A DNA stretch of 64,000 nucleotides from Callorhinchus milii (taxonomy: Eukaryota). The translations under genes were made by a program, and so were the position numbers. The notes beneath the pieces were generated by a model. It saw nothing but the letters and a program-made list of their open reading frames with translations. It was not told where the DNA came from and did no database searches. Below are positions 62,862-64,000 of the stretch, piece after piece. Numbering within the stretch: position 1 is the first letter of the stretch; every line of letters starts with the position of its first letter. The stretch lies in the NCBI RefSeq assembly GCF_018977255.1, contig NW_024704742.1, positions 64,234,001 to 64,298,000 of the forward strand, given 5' to 3'.

Positions 62862-63210
62862 TGCACCCAAATGCAGCCGAAACCCTCATGCATGCATTTG
62901 TCACCTTCTGCTTGGATTACTCCAACATATTTCTTGCCAGTCTCCCCAGCTCCACCATTCACAAAATCCAGCGCATTCAGAACACTGCCGCCCACATACT
63001 GACCCGGACCAAACTCTATTCCCACATCTCACCAGTTCTGGCCCAGGCTCCACTGGCTCCCCATCACTGAATGGATCGACTTCAAGATCTCAAATTTGTG
63101 TTCAAATCCCTTCAGTCTCTGGCACCTCCCTTGCCTCTCCCACCTCCTCACTCCACAATCCGCCACCCAGCGCCTCTTCTTGACTGGCACCGGCCTCCTG
63201 CTCGTCCTTG
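62862..63210 (+). mobile_element. Old L2 fragment
   Basis: AAETLMHAFVTFCLDYSN..IQNTAAHILTRTK (ORF 62861-63070). Confidence 0.85.
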
Positions 63211-63306
63211 TTCAGCAGATGTCTGACCCACGTGAGAACCTATCACCATGCTTGAGAGTATTCAAACTAGAATGAAAGTTCCACTTGTGCATGGAAATTC
63301 CCCTTT

Positions 63307-64000
63307 AATAATAACAACAACAAAATTATATTTATAGAGCGCCTTTCACGTCGGGAGGCCGTCCCAAAGCGCTGAACGGTCAGGTGTCGGGGCCCGAGCA
63401 TGGGGGAGGGGTGGTGTAGGGGTGAGGGAAGGCAGAGAGGTGGGAGGGCGATTGAAGGCACGGTCGAAGAGAAGGGTCTTGAGACCGGCCTTGAAGGAGG
63501 CAAGGGAGGAAGCGAGGTGAAGGAACTGTGGGATGGAGTTCCAGAGTGTGGGGGCAGAGAGGCTGAAAGCCCGGCCACCGATGGTAGGGCGGGTCGGGCG
63601 GGAGACATGGAGAAGGCCGGAGCCCACTGAGAGGAGGGATCGGGAAGGTTGGTAGGAAGTCAGCAGGTCAGAGAGGTAGGAGGGGGCGAGGCCATAGATG
63701 GCCTTAAAGGTGAGGACAAAGATCTTGAACTCGTTCCTCTGGGGGATGGGGAGCGAGTGGAGTCGGGCGAGGGTGGGAGTGGAGTGATGAGGTCACGGAG
63801 CCTGGTGCGTGAGGGTACACAAGCTGCAGAGTTTTGGATGATCTGCAGGTTGTGAAGGGAAGAGTTGGGAAGGCCGATGAGGAGGGAGAGCCTGTAATCG
63901 AGCCTTGATGTGACAAATGTATAGATGAGGGTTTCGGAGCCTGAGGGGTGAGGCAGTGGCGGAGTCTGGCAATGTTGCGAATGTGGAGGAGAAAGGACAT
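63307..64000 (-). mobile_element. L2-clade LINE subfamily 1, runs off the window end
   Basis: 3' UTR ccccatgctcgggccccgacacctgac as in 688-2042; PTIGGRAFSLSAPTLWNSIP. Confidence 0.93.

Overview
This is eukaryotic, vertebrate-type non-coding DNA, most likely a large intron or intergenic stretch, densely packed with retroposon remnants. The repeat repertoire points to a cartilaginous fish, possibly a chimaera/elephant shark (inference, not verified). I found no intact protein-coding gene, true tRNA/rRNA, CRISPR array or prokaryotic system. The ORF-track hits I could assign are broken L2/CR1 reverse-transcriptase fragments, one hAT-like transposase fossil, or spurious frames across repeats. Main components: (1) 5'-truncated L2-clade LINEs of at least two young and several old subfamilies with (TTG)n tails; (2) three layers of tRNA-headed SINEs sharing the L2 3' stem-loop (old Deu-domain type, an intermediate type, and a young short type with (TTA)n tails); (3) CR1-type fragments; (4) an unclassified ~400 bp A-tailed repeat; (5) short elements starting with a degenerate hammerhead-ribozyme-like core, two with 14-bp target-site duplications (TSDs), probably Penelope-related. 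Best leads: the hammerhead-like mini-elements, three L2 copies sharing a frameshift (two share three; possible non-autonomous LINE), U-A/U.G/C-G covariation in the shared SINE/LINE stem, a 167-bp hairpin, several short duplications of non-TE-looking sequence, and repeat-free enhancer-like islands. Boundaries of old repeats were set by eye and are approximate (about 10-30 bp).
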